42,569 bases of DNA, from the IMG/VR virus record IMGVR_UViG_3300027744_000848, positions 1-42,569 of that record; one strand, written 5' to 3'. The translations under genes were made by a program, and so were the position numbers. The notes under the pieces are model-generated. The model was not told where the DNA came from. It saw only the letters and a program-made list of their open reading frames with translations, and searched no databases. Below, piece by piece: positions 9,855-19,293 of the stretch (the first letter of the stretch is position 1; each line of letters begins with the position of its first letter). The DNA is from a virus (taxonomy: Duplodnaviria; Caudoviricetes).

Positions 9855-10824
9855 AGCTAAATGTTATTGTTCCTGAACCTGTAAAGGTGAATATTCGATT
9901 TCCGTTTGCTTCGGAATATGTTGGTGATCCTGTAGAAGTCGCATTAGCAAAAGAAGTAGAGTATGAAAGAATTGTTACACCAGATCCGCCTGAACCTCCA
10001 AAAGGAGAACCTGAATATCCCCCTCCACCGCCGCCACCTCCTGAATTAATTGCTCCATTAGCGCCACGACCAGTACCAGTGCCTCCAGTAGCAGTTTCTG
10101 TCACGCCTCCTAAAGCTCCTCCCCCTGCGGCTGTTACGTTGGGAGTACTTTTACCAGATTGATGAGCTGCTCCGTTGCCTCCACCTGCATAAGCTACACT
10201 TGTGCCTGATATTGAACTAAATATACCATTCCCACCTCTAGTAGAATGAGTGCTATTAGCATTTAATGCTGCTTCACCTGCACCGCCACCACCGCCCGCT
10301 GTATATGCACCAGATACGCAGTTTCCGCTTCTATTTCCTTGACCAGGAAAGATCGAATGAGGCCGAAAATCAATAAAGGCTCCTCCTTGTCCTCCAGCAG
10401 AAGCTTTAAATCCATATATTGATGTATTTCCATAATTTATAGTTTCTCCAAAAAATCCCGACCAACCTCCTCCAAAAGCTATAATGTTATTAAATAAAGA
10501 ATATTCTCCTCCTCCACCCCTACCATTAGTTCCAGCTCCTCCTGCTCCTACAGTAATTGTATATTGATAATCAGTGTTAGCAATGATATTACCTGATACT
10601 ACACCACCACCGCCACCGCCGCCCCCTACTGCACCTGAGCCCGCACCTCCGCCACCAACAATTAAATATTCAACGGTGGGAGTAGGAGCAGCAGGAGCAA
10701 CAACTGCTGCTCCTACTCCCCACGTATTCTCAACTATAGCCTGTGTAACATCATTTAATTTCCACATACCAAACGTAGGAGACGATTCGGTTGCTGATAT
10801 AATACCACCTCTAAATCTAGGCAT
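9853..10824 (-). CDS. Glycine-rich adhesin-like protein (paralog 3)
   Basis: VEYLIVGGGG..GGGGGG, YTITVGAGG, YAGGG, GGSGV.ILSY, C-terminal RIFTFTGSGTITF. Confidence 0.8.
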   Translation of the reverse strand: MPRFRGGIISATESSPTFGMWKLNDVTQAIVENTWGVGAAVVAPAAPTPTVEYLIVGGGGAGSGAVGGGGGGGGVVSGNIIANTDYQYTITVGAGGAGTNGRGGGGEYSLFNNIIAFGGGWSGFFGETINYGNTSIYGFKASAGGQGGAFIDFRPHSIFPGQGNRSGNCVSGAYTAGGGGGAGEAALNANSTHSTRGGNGIFSSISGTSVAYAGGGNGAAHQSGKSTPNVTAAGGGALGGVTETATGGTGTGRGANGAINSGGGGGGGGYSGSPFGGSGGSGVTILSYSTSFANATSTGSPTYSEANGNRIFTFTGSGTITFS

Positions 10825-11174
10825 TAGGAAATTATCTCGTATGCTGATGTTACAGAAAGATTAGCAGAAGAAGTTATTCTCAACCCATCACCCTCTTCTA
10901 GATAGAAAGCAGTATCCTTGCCAGAGACTGCTATAGCAGTATTGGCGGGCAGCGCTATGTTGCTAACAATATAATATGACGTACCTGATCTAAATATTTC
11001 AGCGTTTGCTGTTATGCTTGTAGCTGAAAAATTGGTCAGTGTTAATGTATTAACCTTAACCAGCGTATTGCTACTTGTTGCATTAGATACTACATTTGCA
11101 GGAGTAGTATTGGATATCATCATCCCCATCTTACCTGAAATTGATGTGGCGCTTAGTATGTTAGGATTAGACAT
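10824..11174 (-). CDS. Small (116 aa) beta-rich adaptor-like virion protein
   Basis: MSNPNI start, YLEEGD.LR..YEIIS end; between collagen stalk and Gly-rich gene, TAATG-coupled to the latter. Confidence 0.75.
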   Translation of the reverse strand: MSNPNILSATSISGKMGMMISNTTPANVVSNATSSNTLVKVNTLTLTNFSATSITANAEIFRSGTSYYIVSNIALPANTAIAVSGKDTAFYLEEGDGLRITSSANLSVTSAYEIIS

Positions 11175-11190
11175 TTATCATATTCTCCGA

Positions 11191-12006
11191 TTAGATATTA
11201 AAGACCATAGAAAGCAAATAGGATCTGTTATTAATGACTCCTGTGCCATTTTCTAAATTTCTAATTTCTATTGAACTGTATTGAGGTGCCGCCTGAGACA
11301 AAGTCAGAGTCGTACTAGCTATTGTGTAGTCTATATTTGGAATCTGCACTAATCCATCCACTACGATAAGAACATTATTAGAATTGTTTATCGTTTGTAA
11401 TAATGTGTATGTGGTATTACTTCCATTGGATACGAAGTACTGAGAAGTTGCATTGGCTGTGGATGTATCACCTTTAGAACCAGTATAACCTAGTGATCCG
11501 GTGTAACCTAGTGATCCGGTGTAACCTAGTGATCCAATAGATCCTGTAAATCCAACTGAACCATTATAACCAATGACACCATCAGTACCTCTAGATCCTG
11601 TATAACCGAGATCTCCTTGAGATCCTGTATAACCTAATGATCCCGTATAACCTGTATCACCTTTAGATCCGGCATATCCAACTGAACCCGTAAATCCTGT
11701 GTTGCCAAAAGATCCTGTATACCCAGTCCCGCCGACTGAACCAGTGAATCCTACAGATCCTGTGTATCCCAGATCACCTTGAGATCCAGCATATCCGACT
11801 GAACCCGTGAATCCTACGCCTTGAGAACCAGTATAACCAACAGAACCATCGTAACCAATTGTGCCATCAGAACCTTTAGAACCCGTATACCCTGTAAGTC
11901 CAGATGTTGAGGCCCAGTACGTGATGATTCCATTAGACATCAAGACCTGGCCATTAGCAGATCCTTCTGTGCTGATATATCCTGGCCTGATTGTTTGGGC
12001 TACCAT
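11191..12006 (-). CDS. Collagen-like fibre stalk (271 aa)
   Basis: Continuous G-X-Y tract, C-terminal NGSNTTYT..DGLVQ.P..DYT..IEIRN domain, hydrophobic tail. Confidence 0.8.
   Translation of the reverse strand: MVAQTIRPGYISTEGSANGQVLMSNGIITYWASTSGLTGYTGSKGSDGTIGYDGSVGYTGSQGVGFTGSVGYAGSQGDLGYTGSVGFTGSVGGTGYTGSFGNTGFTGSVGYAGSKGDTGYTGSLGYTGSQGDLGYTGSRGTDGVIGYNGSVGFTGSIGSLGYTGSLGYTGSLGYTGSKGDTSTANATSQYFVSNGSNTTYTLLQTINNSNNVLIVVDGLVQIPNIDYTIASTTLTLSQAAPQYSSIEIRNLENGTGVINNRSYLLSMVFNI
11486..11535. repeat. Perfect 18-bp coding tandem repeat (~2.8 copies)
   Basis: taacctagtgatccggtg repeated; encodes GSLGYT. Confidence 0.85.
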
Positions 12007-12031
12007 TTATTTTCCAAAAGTGTTCGTGTTA

Positions 12032-12039
12032 TATTTATT
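12032..12039 (-). promoter_or_regulatory. Near-consensus late promoter AATAAATA
   Basis: 7/8 match upstream of ATG at 12006. Confidence 0.5.
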
Positions 12040-12934
12040 AGTTAAATGTTATTGTTCCAGAACCCGTGAATGTGAATATTCGATTGCCAGAAGCTTCGGA
12101 ATAAGTAGGTGATCCTGTAGAAGATGCATTAGCAGAACTGTTTGGATATGACAATATCACAATACCTGAACCACCAGCGCCAGCAGTTCCAACATTTGAA
12201 TGAACACCGCCACCACCACCGCCAGTGTTTATAGTTCCTGACCCACCCGGACCATTATTTACGCCAGCACCGCCACCTCCAGTACCACCACCACCCGGTG
12301 AGGCAGTTTGTGAGCTACCACCACCGCCACCACCACGAGTTACTGCGCTGCCTGTAATAGATGAACTCAATCCAGCACCACCTGCGCCAGCATTGCTTCC
12401 TGAACCATTAGATCCAACAACGCCAGCGCCACCACCACCACCTGTTGCCCAGTTGTTGACGTTTGTTCCACCATCAGTACCCTGACCTGCTGTGCCTGCA
12501 CCGCCTGCTTGAGTACTATCTCCCGATGCTCCACCAGAACCCGAACCTCCGTTAAACCCAGTACCACCCGATGCTCCACCTCTGCCGCCGGCGCCACCAA
12601 CAGTGCTGATTGACACAGAAGTGCCAACTATAGATGAATTTGATCCCTGCGGTCCGTTCTGATTAGTAATTGCACTAGCACCAGCACCAACAGTAATCGT
12701 GTATGTAGCATTAACAATAGGAGCAAATGGCGTTTCAGCGGGAGAACTGGCTCCAGATAATTCTCCTGAAACAGAGTTTCTATACCCACCAGCGCCGGCA
12801 CCTGAACCAGCATGAGCGCCGCCTCCGCCGCCGCCTGCAATAACAAGATAGTTTACCAATATAATAGCTGTATTAGAAATATTAAATCTTCTTTTTGTGA
12901 TGCTCTGTGTATGGATGGCAGATTTAATACTCAT
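12038..12934 (-). CDS. Glycine-rich adhesin-like protein (paralog 2)
   Basis: VNYLVIAGGGGGG, YTITVGAG, polyglycine motifs, C-terminal TGSPTYSEASGNRIFTFTGSGTITF. Confidence 0.8.
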   Translation of the reverse strand: MSIKSAIHTQSITKRRFNISNTAIILVNYLVIAGGGGGGAHAGSGAGAGGYRNSVSGELSGASSPAETPFAPIVNATYTITVGAGASAITNQNGPQGSNSSIVGTSVSISTVGGAGGRGGASGGTGFNGGSGSGGASGDSTQAGGAGTAGQGTDGGTNVNNWATGGGGGAGVVGSNGSGSNAGAGGAGLSSSITGSAVTRGGGGGGSSQTASPGGGGTGGGGAGVNNGPGGSGTINTGGGGGGVHSNVGTAGAGGSGIVILSYPNSSANASSTGSPTYSEASGNRIFTFTGSGTITFN

Positions 12935-13266
12935 TATGTGATCTCAGAACCAAATATTCCAAAAGATACATTAGATGTGCTATTGGCATACACGGATATA
13001 AAATCTCCGGCTGCAAGAGTTAATCCGATGCTCAATGCAACGCTGTCAGTTGCGGCAATAGGAGTCTCGTATGCGATATAATGTTTTTGTGCTAGCGTAT
13101 TTCCGCTAGGTACTGCTGCTACTCTAATTGCTCTTGTTAAACTATCAGGATTGCATATGTTGATCGTTGATATCACAGCACTCGTGCCGCCAGGAACAGT
13201 ATATACTGTGTTGGCTGTGTTCAATGCTGGTGCAACCTGACCTAATATTTTAAACGTGGTAGCCAT
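12934..13266 (-). CDS. Small (110 aa) adaptor-like virion protein
   Basis: MATTFKILGQ..YTVP..STINICN..HYIAY..FGSEIT; paralog of 15328..15657. Confidence 0.78.
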   Translation of the reverse strand: MATTFKILGQVAPALNTANTVYTVPGGTSAVISTINICNPDSLTRAIRVAAVPSGNTLAQKHYIAYETPIAATDSVALSIGLTLAAGDFISVYANSTSNVSFGIFGSEIT

Positions 13267-13280
13267 AATAATCCTCTATT

Positions 13281-14012
13281 TTAAAGACCAAATAAGAAAG
13301 CAGTGACAAACGTATCTGATAATACAGTCGTAGAAGTTCCGCCGCCACCTCCAGTACCATTCTCAAAATTGCGTGCTTCTACGGTGCTATTTGCAATTGG
13401 TATCGATGTGAACGAGAGCGTTGTTCCTGATATTGAATAATGTGTCGTAGGTACTTGTACAAGGCCATCGACCGAAACGACTAGATTATTTTGACTAGCA
13501 ACGGAAGATGCCAACGTGAATGTTAATTGAGAACCATTAGCCGTAAATGATTGAGAAGTTGCATTAGCTGTAGATGTATCACCTTTAGAACCGGTATAAC
13601 CAGCACCTACAGATCCCGTAAATCCTATTGAACCAAATGATCCGGTATATCCTAAGTCACCCTGGGAACCCGCATAACCAACAGATCCTGTAAATCCCGT
13701 GTTGCCAACAGATCCTGTGTATCCAACAGATCCTGTGTATCCAACAGATCCTGTGTATCCAACAGATCCTGTAAATCCAGTTGTTCCAAATGATCCTGTG
13801 AATCCAACAGACCCAAATGATCCTGTGTATCCCAAGTCACCTTGGGAACCCACATATCCAACAGAACCTGTAAATCCAGTAGAACCTGTGAATCCGAGAC
13901 CAGGAACCGCTACCCATGCTGTTGCAGCCGAGTTGAATCTATACGTATTTCCGCTAGTCGGATCTACATATAACTGAGTATCTGTAGGAGATCCTGGAAA
14001 ATTAATTGCCAT
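13281..14012 (-). CDS. Collagen-like fibre stalk (243 aa)
   Basis: MAINFPGSP N-terminus, G-X-Y tract, ANGS..DGLVQVP..YSISGTTL domain, FLFGL tail. Confidence 0.8.
   Translation of the reverse strand: MAINFPGSPTDTQLYVDPTSGNTYRFNSAATAWVAVPGLGFTGSTGFTGSVGYVGSQGDLGYTGSFGSVGFTGSFGTTGFTGSVGYTGSVGYTGSVGYTGSVGNTGFTGSVGYAGSQGDLGYTGSFGSIGFTGSVGAGYTGSKGDTSTANATSQSFTANGSQLTFTLASSVASQNNLVVSVDGLVQVPTTHYSISGTTLSFTSIPIANSTVEARNFENGTGGGGGTSTTVLSDTFVTAFLFGL
13705..13772. repeat. Perfect 18-bp coding tandem repeat (~3.8 copies)
   Basis: ccaacagatcctgtgtat x3 plus partial; encodes YTGSVG. Confidence 0.85.
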
Positions 14013-14034
14013 ATATATTCTCTATCTTTTTTAA

Positions 14035-14042
14035 TATTTATA
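14035..14042 (-). promoter_or_regulatory. T4-type late promoter TATAAATA
   Basis: Exact consensus upstream of ATG at 14012. Confidence 0.75.
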
Positions 14043-14046
14043 AGGT

Positions 14047-14397
14047 TTAAACAAGGACCCATTGCAGCGTTTGCTCATCCCAGACATGCATGCCGTCTGA
14101 TGGACAAGAAATAGGAGCTTCCCATGAGCAAGTGTCTTCATTTAATATCCAACTTTCGTATGGTTTTGGAAGCAAAAATGCATCTCTGCTAGGATCATAT
14201 ATATAACCTACTCCAGCAAAATTTTTTCTAAATGAACCACTATAACTAGTTTGAATCCATTCGCCGCCAAATGTATTTTTGCAAAATACTGAACCCAGTG
14301 ATTCCTGTTCCGCTCCATTCTCATCTAAAAGTACATTGTTATTAATAACAATAACCTGATGTACCACATTATTTTCTATTCTTGCAAAGTGTGCCAT
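14047..14397 (-). CDS. Conserved phage hypothetical protein associated with Gly-rich fibre genes
   Basis: MAHFA....V..VIV..W.QTSY...FRKNFAG.GY.YD...DAF..PKPY.SW motif; GAGGT RBS. Confidence 0.75.
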   Translation of the reverse strand: MAHFARIENNVVHQVIVINNNVLLDENGAEQESLGSVFCKNTFGGEWIQTSYSGSFRKNFAGVGYIYDPSRDAFLLPKPYESWILNEDTCSWEAPISCPSDGMHVWDEQTLQWVLV

Positions 14398-14405
14398 TAA
14401 TTACC

Positions 14406-15326
14406 TCAAAATGTTATCGTGCCAGAACCTGTAAATGTAAATATTCGATTTCCGTTTGCTTGGGAATATGTAGGACTTCCTGTAGATGTAGCATTGGCAA
14501 AAGAAGTAGAGTATGAAAGAATTATCACACCAGATCCTCCTGAACCTCCAGAAGGAGTACCAGTGATACCACTGCCGCCTCCTCCTCCTCCTGTATTAAT
14601 TGCTGCATTAGCACCACGAGCGATACCGGTGCCTCCAGTAGCGGACGAAGTCACACCTCCTAGAGCACCTCCTCCTGCGGCTGTTTCGTTGGGAGTGGTT
14701 TTACCTGATGAAGAAGCGCCTGCGTTTCCTCCGCCTGCATAAGCTACACTTGTACCTGATATTGAACTAAATATGCCATTTCCGCCTCTACTAGAGGCGC
14801 TGTCAGTGGCATTTAATGCTGCTTCACCTGCACCACCACCTCCACCCCCCGTAAAGACTCCGAAAGTGGAGGTGTTTCCACCACTATGGCCTTGACCTGG
14901 AAACGGCACATGTGCCGACCACTGGTCTTCGCCAAGGCCTTGTCCTCCGCCAGATCCTCTAAATCCAGAAAACGATGAATTTGCCATGAGAATGCGGACT
15001 CCATAAACTCCCCCATAACCTCCTCCAAAAGCTATTATGTTATGAAATATAGAATTATCTCCCGAATTGCCCATCGAGGTCGTCCCTCCTCTCACAATTC
15101 CAGCTCCTCCTGCTCCTACAGTAATTGTATATTGATAATCAGTGTTAGCAATGATATTACCTGATACTACACCGCCGCCACCACCACCACCACCCGAAGT
15201 TCCCCCGCTACCCCCGCCACCAACAATTAAATATTCAACGGCAGGATTGGTAGCAGCTGCAGCTGCTACTACAGTAGAAGGACCCGAATATCTCAATGAT
15301 GTTTTTTTTGTATAGACGGTGATCAT
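14406..15326 (-). CDS. Glycine-rich adhesin-like protein (paralog 1)
   Basis: Closely paralogous to 9853..10824 at DNA and protein level. Confidence 0.8.
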   Translation of the reverse strand: MITVYTKKTSLRYSGPSTVVAAAAATNPAVEYLIVGGGGSGGTSGGGGGGGGVVSGNIIANTDYQYTITVGAGGAGIVRGGTTSMGNSGDNSIFHNIIAFGGGYGGVYGVRILMANSSFSGFRGSGGGQGLGEDQWSAHVPFPGQGHSGGNTSTFGVFTGGGGGGAGEAALNATDSASSRGGNGIFSSISGTSVAYAGGGNAGASSSGKTTPNETAAGGGALGGVTSSATGGTGIARGANAAINTGGGGGGSGITGTPSGGSGGSGVIILSYSTSFANATSTGSPTYSQANGNRIFTFTGSGTITF

Positions 15327-15327
15327 A

Positions 15328-15657
15328 TCAAGAGACTTCAGTTCCGAATAACGAGAATGTCAAGTTGGCTGATCCTGCATATACTGTGACAACATCAGTA
15401 TTTGCCAATGTCAATCCCAATGTCAATGCGATTGAGTCGTTTGATGGGACTGATGTGTCGAATGCGATGTAGTGCGAGTTATTGATAGCAGCATTTGCAA
15501 CTCTGATTGCAGCTCTGAAAGCTATGTTTGCGGTGCTTCTGTTGCATATGTTCAATGTAGACACGACAGCATAGCTACCAGAAGGCACTGCATATAATGT
15601 CTCATTAGTCGTAGCAGCAGCTGAAAGCTGACCCAATACTTTATATGTGGTAGCCAT
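15328..15657 (-). CDS. Small (109 aa) adaptor-like virion protein
   Basis: MATTYKVLGQ..YAVP..STLNICN..HYIAF..FGTEVS; AGGAAG RBS. Confidence 0.78.
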   Translation of the reverse strand: MATTYKVLGQLSAAATTNETLYAVPSGSYAVVSTLNICNRSTANIAFRAAIRVANAAINNSHYIAFDTSVPSNDSIALTLGLTLANTDVVTVYAGSANLTFSLFGTEVS

Positions 15658-15667
15658 TTTTCTTCCT

Positions 15668-17167
15668 TTACATTCCCGCTAATAAAAATTGATTGAATGG
15701 ATCCGCAGTAGGTGTGATCACACCCGCGCTAGGAGCAGCAGAAACCCATTGCGATGTATCACCATCATCGTAATATATGAATAAAGATCCGAGGTTTGTG
15801 TTCCACCAGACGTCACCGTTTGCAGGAGCAACCGGAGCAGTAGCAGATACATAGACTGATACACCTTGCGGTCCTGCTGATCCTGTATATCCGACTCCTT
15901 GCGATCCAACATACCCAGCTGATCCGGTATATCCCAAGTCACCTTTAGATCCCACATATCCAGTCGAACCCGTATATCCTGTATCACCAATATCACCCGT
16001 TCTTGCAAAGGTGATGATGATATCTAGATTGTTCGTAAAGTTGTTGGCAGATCCGTTTAGATAAGATGACGGGACAGCAAAGTAATTTGTGTAATGAGCA
16101 TGCGAACCTGTGATTGCATACAGCACGAAGTTAGCAGTATTTGCTTTTTCTGTGACAGTGAAATGTCCCTTGATAGCGGATGTAGAATCATCTATCGTCT
16201 GCAGAAATGTGTATATCGACTGAAAGTTGTCTGCATTTTCGCTGATATAAAGCGTATTTGCCAGAGTAAGATCTGTATTGCTTAATTTCAGATTGCCATT
16301 TGTCGGATCAGAATTGTTTGTGTTTGCATTGAAAGTGTAATCAAATGTAGCGCCGCCAAATGATCCTTGAGGTCCTTGCGAACCAACATATCCCAGGTCA
16401 CCTTTAGATCCCGTGTATCCAACAGATCCTGTAAATCCTACGCCTTGAGAACCAGTATAACCTAGATCACCTTGAGAACCCGCATATCCAACAGAACCTG
16501 CAAATCCGACACCCTGAGATCCTGTATATCCTAGATCACCTCGAGATCCTGTATATCCAACGGGCCCTATTTCACCAAGATCACCTTGTGAACCAGTATA
16601 GCCAGCATTTCCTTGTGATCCTACATACCCAACAGATCCATTATATCCGATGCTGCCATCAGAACCTGCAGATCCGGTATATCCCAAGTCACCTTTGGAT
16701 CCCGCATATCCGACAGAACCTGTAAATCCGACACCCTGAGATCCTGTATATCCTATGTCACCTCGAGATCCAACATATCCTACATCACCTTGAGATCCCA
16801 CATAACCAACAGATCCTGTGAAACCTGTTGTTCCGAAAGAACCAGTAAATCCCGTATCGCCTCTAGATCCTGTGTATCCTGCTGTACCAGGACCCCAGTA
16901 TACATCACTTCCGCTAGAATATAGGATCTGCCCAGAAGAACCGATAGAATTATTCGCGATGATAGCTTTTACTGCTAAGTTACCCGATATGTTTACGTTA
17001 GTATTATTAGCACCGATCTCAAACACGACTGATCCATTGCCGGAATACATGATTCCGTCAGTCATGTTTAATGCTAATTCGCCTGGATTTGGGAGGGTTG
17101 TGGTATTGGCCGCACGTCCTGATATGGAGGTACGTTTAATCTGAATTAAATTATTAGCCTGTGCCAT
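15668..17167 (-). CDS. Collagen-like fibre protein (499 aa)
   Basis: N-terminal IQIKRT..LPNPGELA domain, G-X-Y tracts, FGGATF..TFARTGD globular insert, AP..GDVWW..YYDDGDTSQWV knob, FLLAGM tail. Confidence 0.8.
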   Translation of the reverse strand: MAQANNLIQIKRTSISGRAANTTTLPNPGELALNMTDGIMYSGNGSVVFEIGANNTNVNISGNLAVKAIIANNSIGSSGQILYSSGSDVYWGPGTAGYTGSRGDTGFTGSFGTTGFTGSVGYVGSQGDVGYVGSRGDIGYTGSQGVGFTGSVGYAGSKGDLGYTGSAGSDGSIGYNGSVGYVGSQGNAGYTGSQGDLGEIGPVGYTGSRGDLGYTGSQGVGFAGSVGYAGSQGDLGYTGSQGVGFTGSVGYTGSKGDLGYVGSQGPQGSFGGATFDYTFNANTNNSDPTNGNLKLSNTDLTLANTLYISENADNFQSIYTFLQTIDDSTSAIKGHFTVTEKANTANFVLYAITGSHAHYTNYFAVPSSYLNGSANNFTNNLDIIITFARTGDIGDTGYTGSTGYVGSKGDLGYTGSAGYVGSQGVGYTGSAGPQGVSVYVSATAPVAPANGDVWWNTNLGSLFIYYDDGDTSQWVSAAPSAGVITPTADPFNQFLLAGM

Positions 17168-17180
17168 ATGGCCCTCTTAC

Positions 17181-17198
17181 AAAAGCAGTATATACTGC
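17181..17198 (-). terminator. Possible weak intrinsic terminator or operator palindrome
   Basis: Perfect 14-bp palindrome GCAGTATATACTGC (17185-17198) followed by TTTT on the minus strand, just after the stop at 17210. Confidence 0.4.
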
Positions 17199-17209
17199 AG
17201 TAATTATTA

Positions 17210-17428
17210 TTAAAATTCGGTAACGTCAGCGGTCTTCTTGGATTTAGTTTCAGCCTTATTTAAGGCCTTCTCTAATGATTTTTCTAACTCTTCTACTTTA
17301 GCAGTCAGCGATGTATTTATCCTCTCATAATATGTTATCTGAGCTGACTGAAGGATGGTTGCCTTAGTCAGCTCAGTAACAGAACTTACGAGTTTTTCTA
17401 CGTAGATATTAAAAACTTCTGCACTCAT
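17210..17428 (-). CDS. Small coiled-coil protein (72 aa; start reassigned to MSAEVF)
   Basis: AAGGA RBS upstream of ATG at 17428; heptad-like LTAKVEELEKSLEKAL. Confidence 0.7.
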   Translation of the reverse strand: MSAEVFNIYVEKLVSSVTELTKATILQSAQITYYERINTSLTAKVEELEKSLEKALNKAETKSKKTADVTEF

Positions 17429-17458
17429 TATATATATATTCCTTTTCAAACGTTCATT

Positions 17459-17487
17459 ATTATAGCATAATATCTACATAGAATCAA
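17459..17487 (-). promoter_or_regulatory. Sigma70-type promoter
   Basis: TTGATT-N17-TATAAT with extended -10 TG (TGcTATAAT), intergenic. Confidence 0.65.
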
Positions 17488-17497
17488 CTATTATTTT

Positions 17498-19243
17498 TTA
17501 GAATGTACCGCCGTCTAGCCCGCCGTAGATCAATGTTGTGCTATCCGATACTTGTAGAAGTTGTCCTGCTGTTCCGATTGCTAGTTTAGCAAGCGTTGAG
17601 CCACTACCTGTAAGCAAATCACCAGCGCTGTATGTATTGAATCCAGTACCACCAGAAGTAGTAGCTAATGCTGTGCTTAGTGTTAATGAGTTGGCTTGTA
17701 GAGCTACTGTTAATGAATTTGTACCAGTTATATTCAATACAGTAGAGTTGGATATCAAAGCACCTGAATCCAAGTATGCTTTTAATGTTCCTTGTTGATA
17801 AGATGTATTTGCAGTATCAACAACAGTTGTCGGAGCAGTAGTTAGACCAAAGAACAATTTATAGACGCCATCAGAAGCATCTCTAAATAGACCAGTGTGC
17901 TCATGGCCGCCGCCATCATTATTATAATTACCATAGAAACCAATATCAAGCAGATCACTAACTGTATTATTGACAGCAAGCTGGATGAGTGAATCGTCTA
18001 CTGCATAATTGGTTACGTTAGCATAATACACATTGCCTGTGACGAATAAATCGCCGCCAACATTTAGATCATGAAAGAATGTACCCGTATTGGCAGTGAT
18101 ATTAGTATTGACAGTCAATCCACCCTGAAGCGTAATCGTAGAACCGCTTGCAGTCAAATGTACATTTCCTACTGATACATCTCTTGCGTATACTGTATCC
18201 CAGGAAAGTGCTGCTGTACCAAGATCTCTTGAGTTATTGGTGCTAGGAACAAGAGCAGACACAAAACGGCCGCCTACTGTTAGTTCATCAGTGGACGCAT
18301 CACCCAATACTGTATTGCCGTTAAGTGTCGTTACACCACTGACAGTGACAGTTGCAAGATGTGTGAGTGAACTGTTGACATGAACACCAGTGGAGTTACT
18401 GACTATGCCTGTCCCTGCTTGTACAGCAATCGTAGGAGTCGCACCTTCTGAGGAAGCAGATCCTGTGATACCATTGCCTGCAGTGATCTCAGCAACATAA
18501 TTACCTGTTGTCTTGGTACCAAGAGCAATACCATTGTCTTTAACTTGTAGAGCGCCGCCAGATACTTCAATCGAGACATTATCGACATTAGCGGAGAACG
18601 TGGGAGTCGATGTTTCGCCTGTACCGCCTGTGATCGTAATACCACCACCAGCTGTGACAGTGGATACATAATCACCAGTCGTATCAGTTCCGAGCGCTAT
18701 TGAATTATTCTCGATAGTGACAGTAAGTGTGGCATCACCCAAGTTATTGAATGTCACGTTACCGGAAGCATCTCCAGAAAGAGTCAGTTTTGGTGAACGG
18801 TTGATGGTCGTGACGACTAGATTGGATACAGTCGTCGTCTCACCAGTAAATACTAAGTTACCAGAAAGCGTTCTAGAATCTGTGTTCTGAACGAAGGCAG
18901 GTCCAGCAGCTGCTGTGCTGTTCCAATAAAGCTCACCCGAAGCATTGACCGAAAGTACTGCTCCGTCAGCTCCGACCGAATTATTTGCAGTTATGCTAAA
19001 GATAGTCGCATTAGCAACTTTGATTTTATCGATGAAGCTCGTGCTATTAGCAACAAGAGCTTGATTGGCAGTGAGCACACCAGGACTTCTACCACCAGCA
19101 ATAGGTGTTACTAGCCCAAAGTTACCGATGAATAGCGTATTACTGGTAGCTGACCAACCTAATTCACCATTTGCCAATGAAGCAGGTGTTGATGCGCTAG
19201 CAGAACGTTTAATTTGAATTAGATTTGGCGATTGAGCAACCAT
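17498..19243 (-). CDS. Fibre protein (581 aa, non-collagen)
   Basis: IQIKRS..LANGELG N-terminus, repeated IALGT.TTG.YV..TAG.GIT, HTGLFRDASDG domain, C-terminal DGGTF. Confidence 0.8.
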   Translation of the reverse strand: MVAQSPNLIQIKRSASASTPASLANGELGWSATSNTLFIGNFGLVTPIAGGRSPGVLTANQALVANSTSFIDKIKVANATIFSITANNSVGADGAVLSVNASGELYWNSTAAAGPAFVQNTDSRTLSGNLVFTGETTTVSNLVVTTINRSPKLTLSGDASGNVTFNNLGDATLTVTIENNSIALGTDTTGDYVSTVTAGGGITITGGTGETSTPTFSANVDNVSIEVSGGALQVKDNGIALGTKTTGNYVAEITAGNGITGSASSEGATPTIAVQAGTGIVSNSTGVHVNSSLTHLATVTVSGVTTLNGNTVLGDASTDELTVGGRFVSALVPSTNNSRDLGTAALSWDTVYARDVSVGNVHLTASGSTITLQGGLTVNTNITANTGTFFHDLNVGGDLFVTGNVYYANVTNYAVDDSLIQLAVNNTVSDLLDIGFYGNYNNDGGGHEHTGLFRDASDGVYKLFFGLTTAPTTVVDTANTSYQQGTLKAYLDSGALISNSTVLNITGTNSLTVALQANSLTLSTALATTSGGTGFNTYSAGDLLTGSGSTLAKLAIGTAGQLLQVSDSTTLIYGGLDGGTF

Positions 19244-19281
19244 TATTTTTCCCCTTTAAAAGATCTATCTGTTGTTGTTTG

Positions 19282-19289
19282 TATTTATA
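19282..19289 (-). promoter_or_regulatory. T4-type late promoter TATAAATA
   Basis: Exact consensus upstream of ATG at 19243. Confidence 0.75.
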
Positions 19290-19293
19290 AGAA

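Noticed and set aside
9853-15326. Diversity-generating retroelement TR/VR pair in the Gly-rich paralogs
   Set aside because: Both copies are inside intact genes, differences are not adenine-specific and include indels, and no reverse transcriptase is in the window
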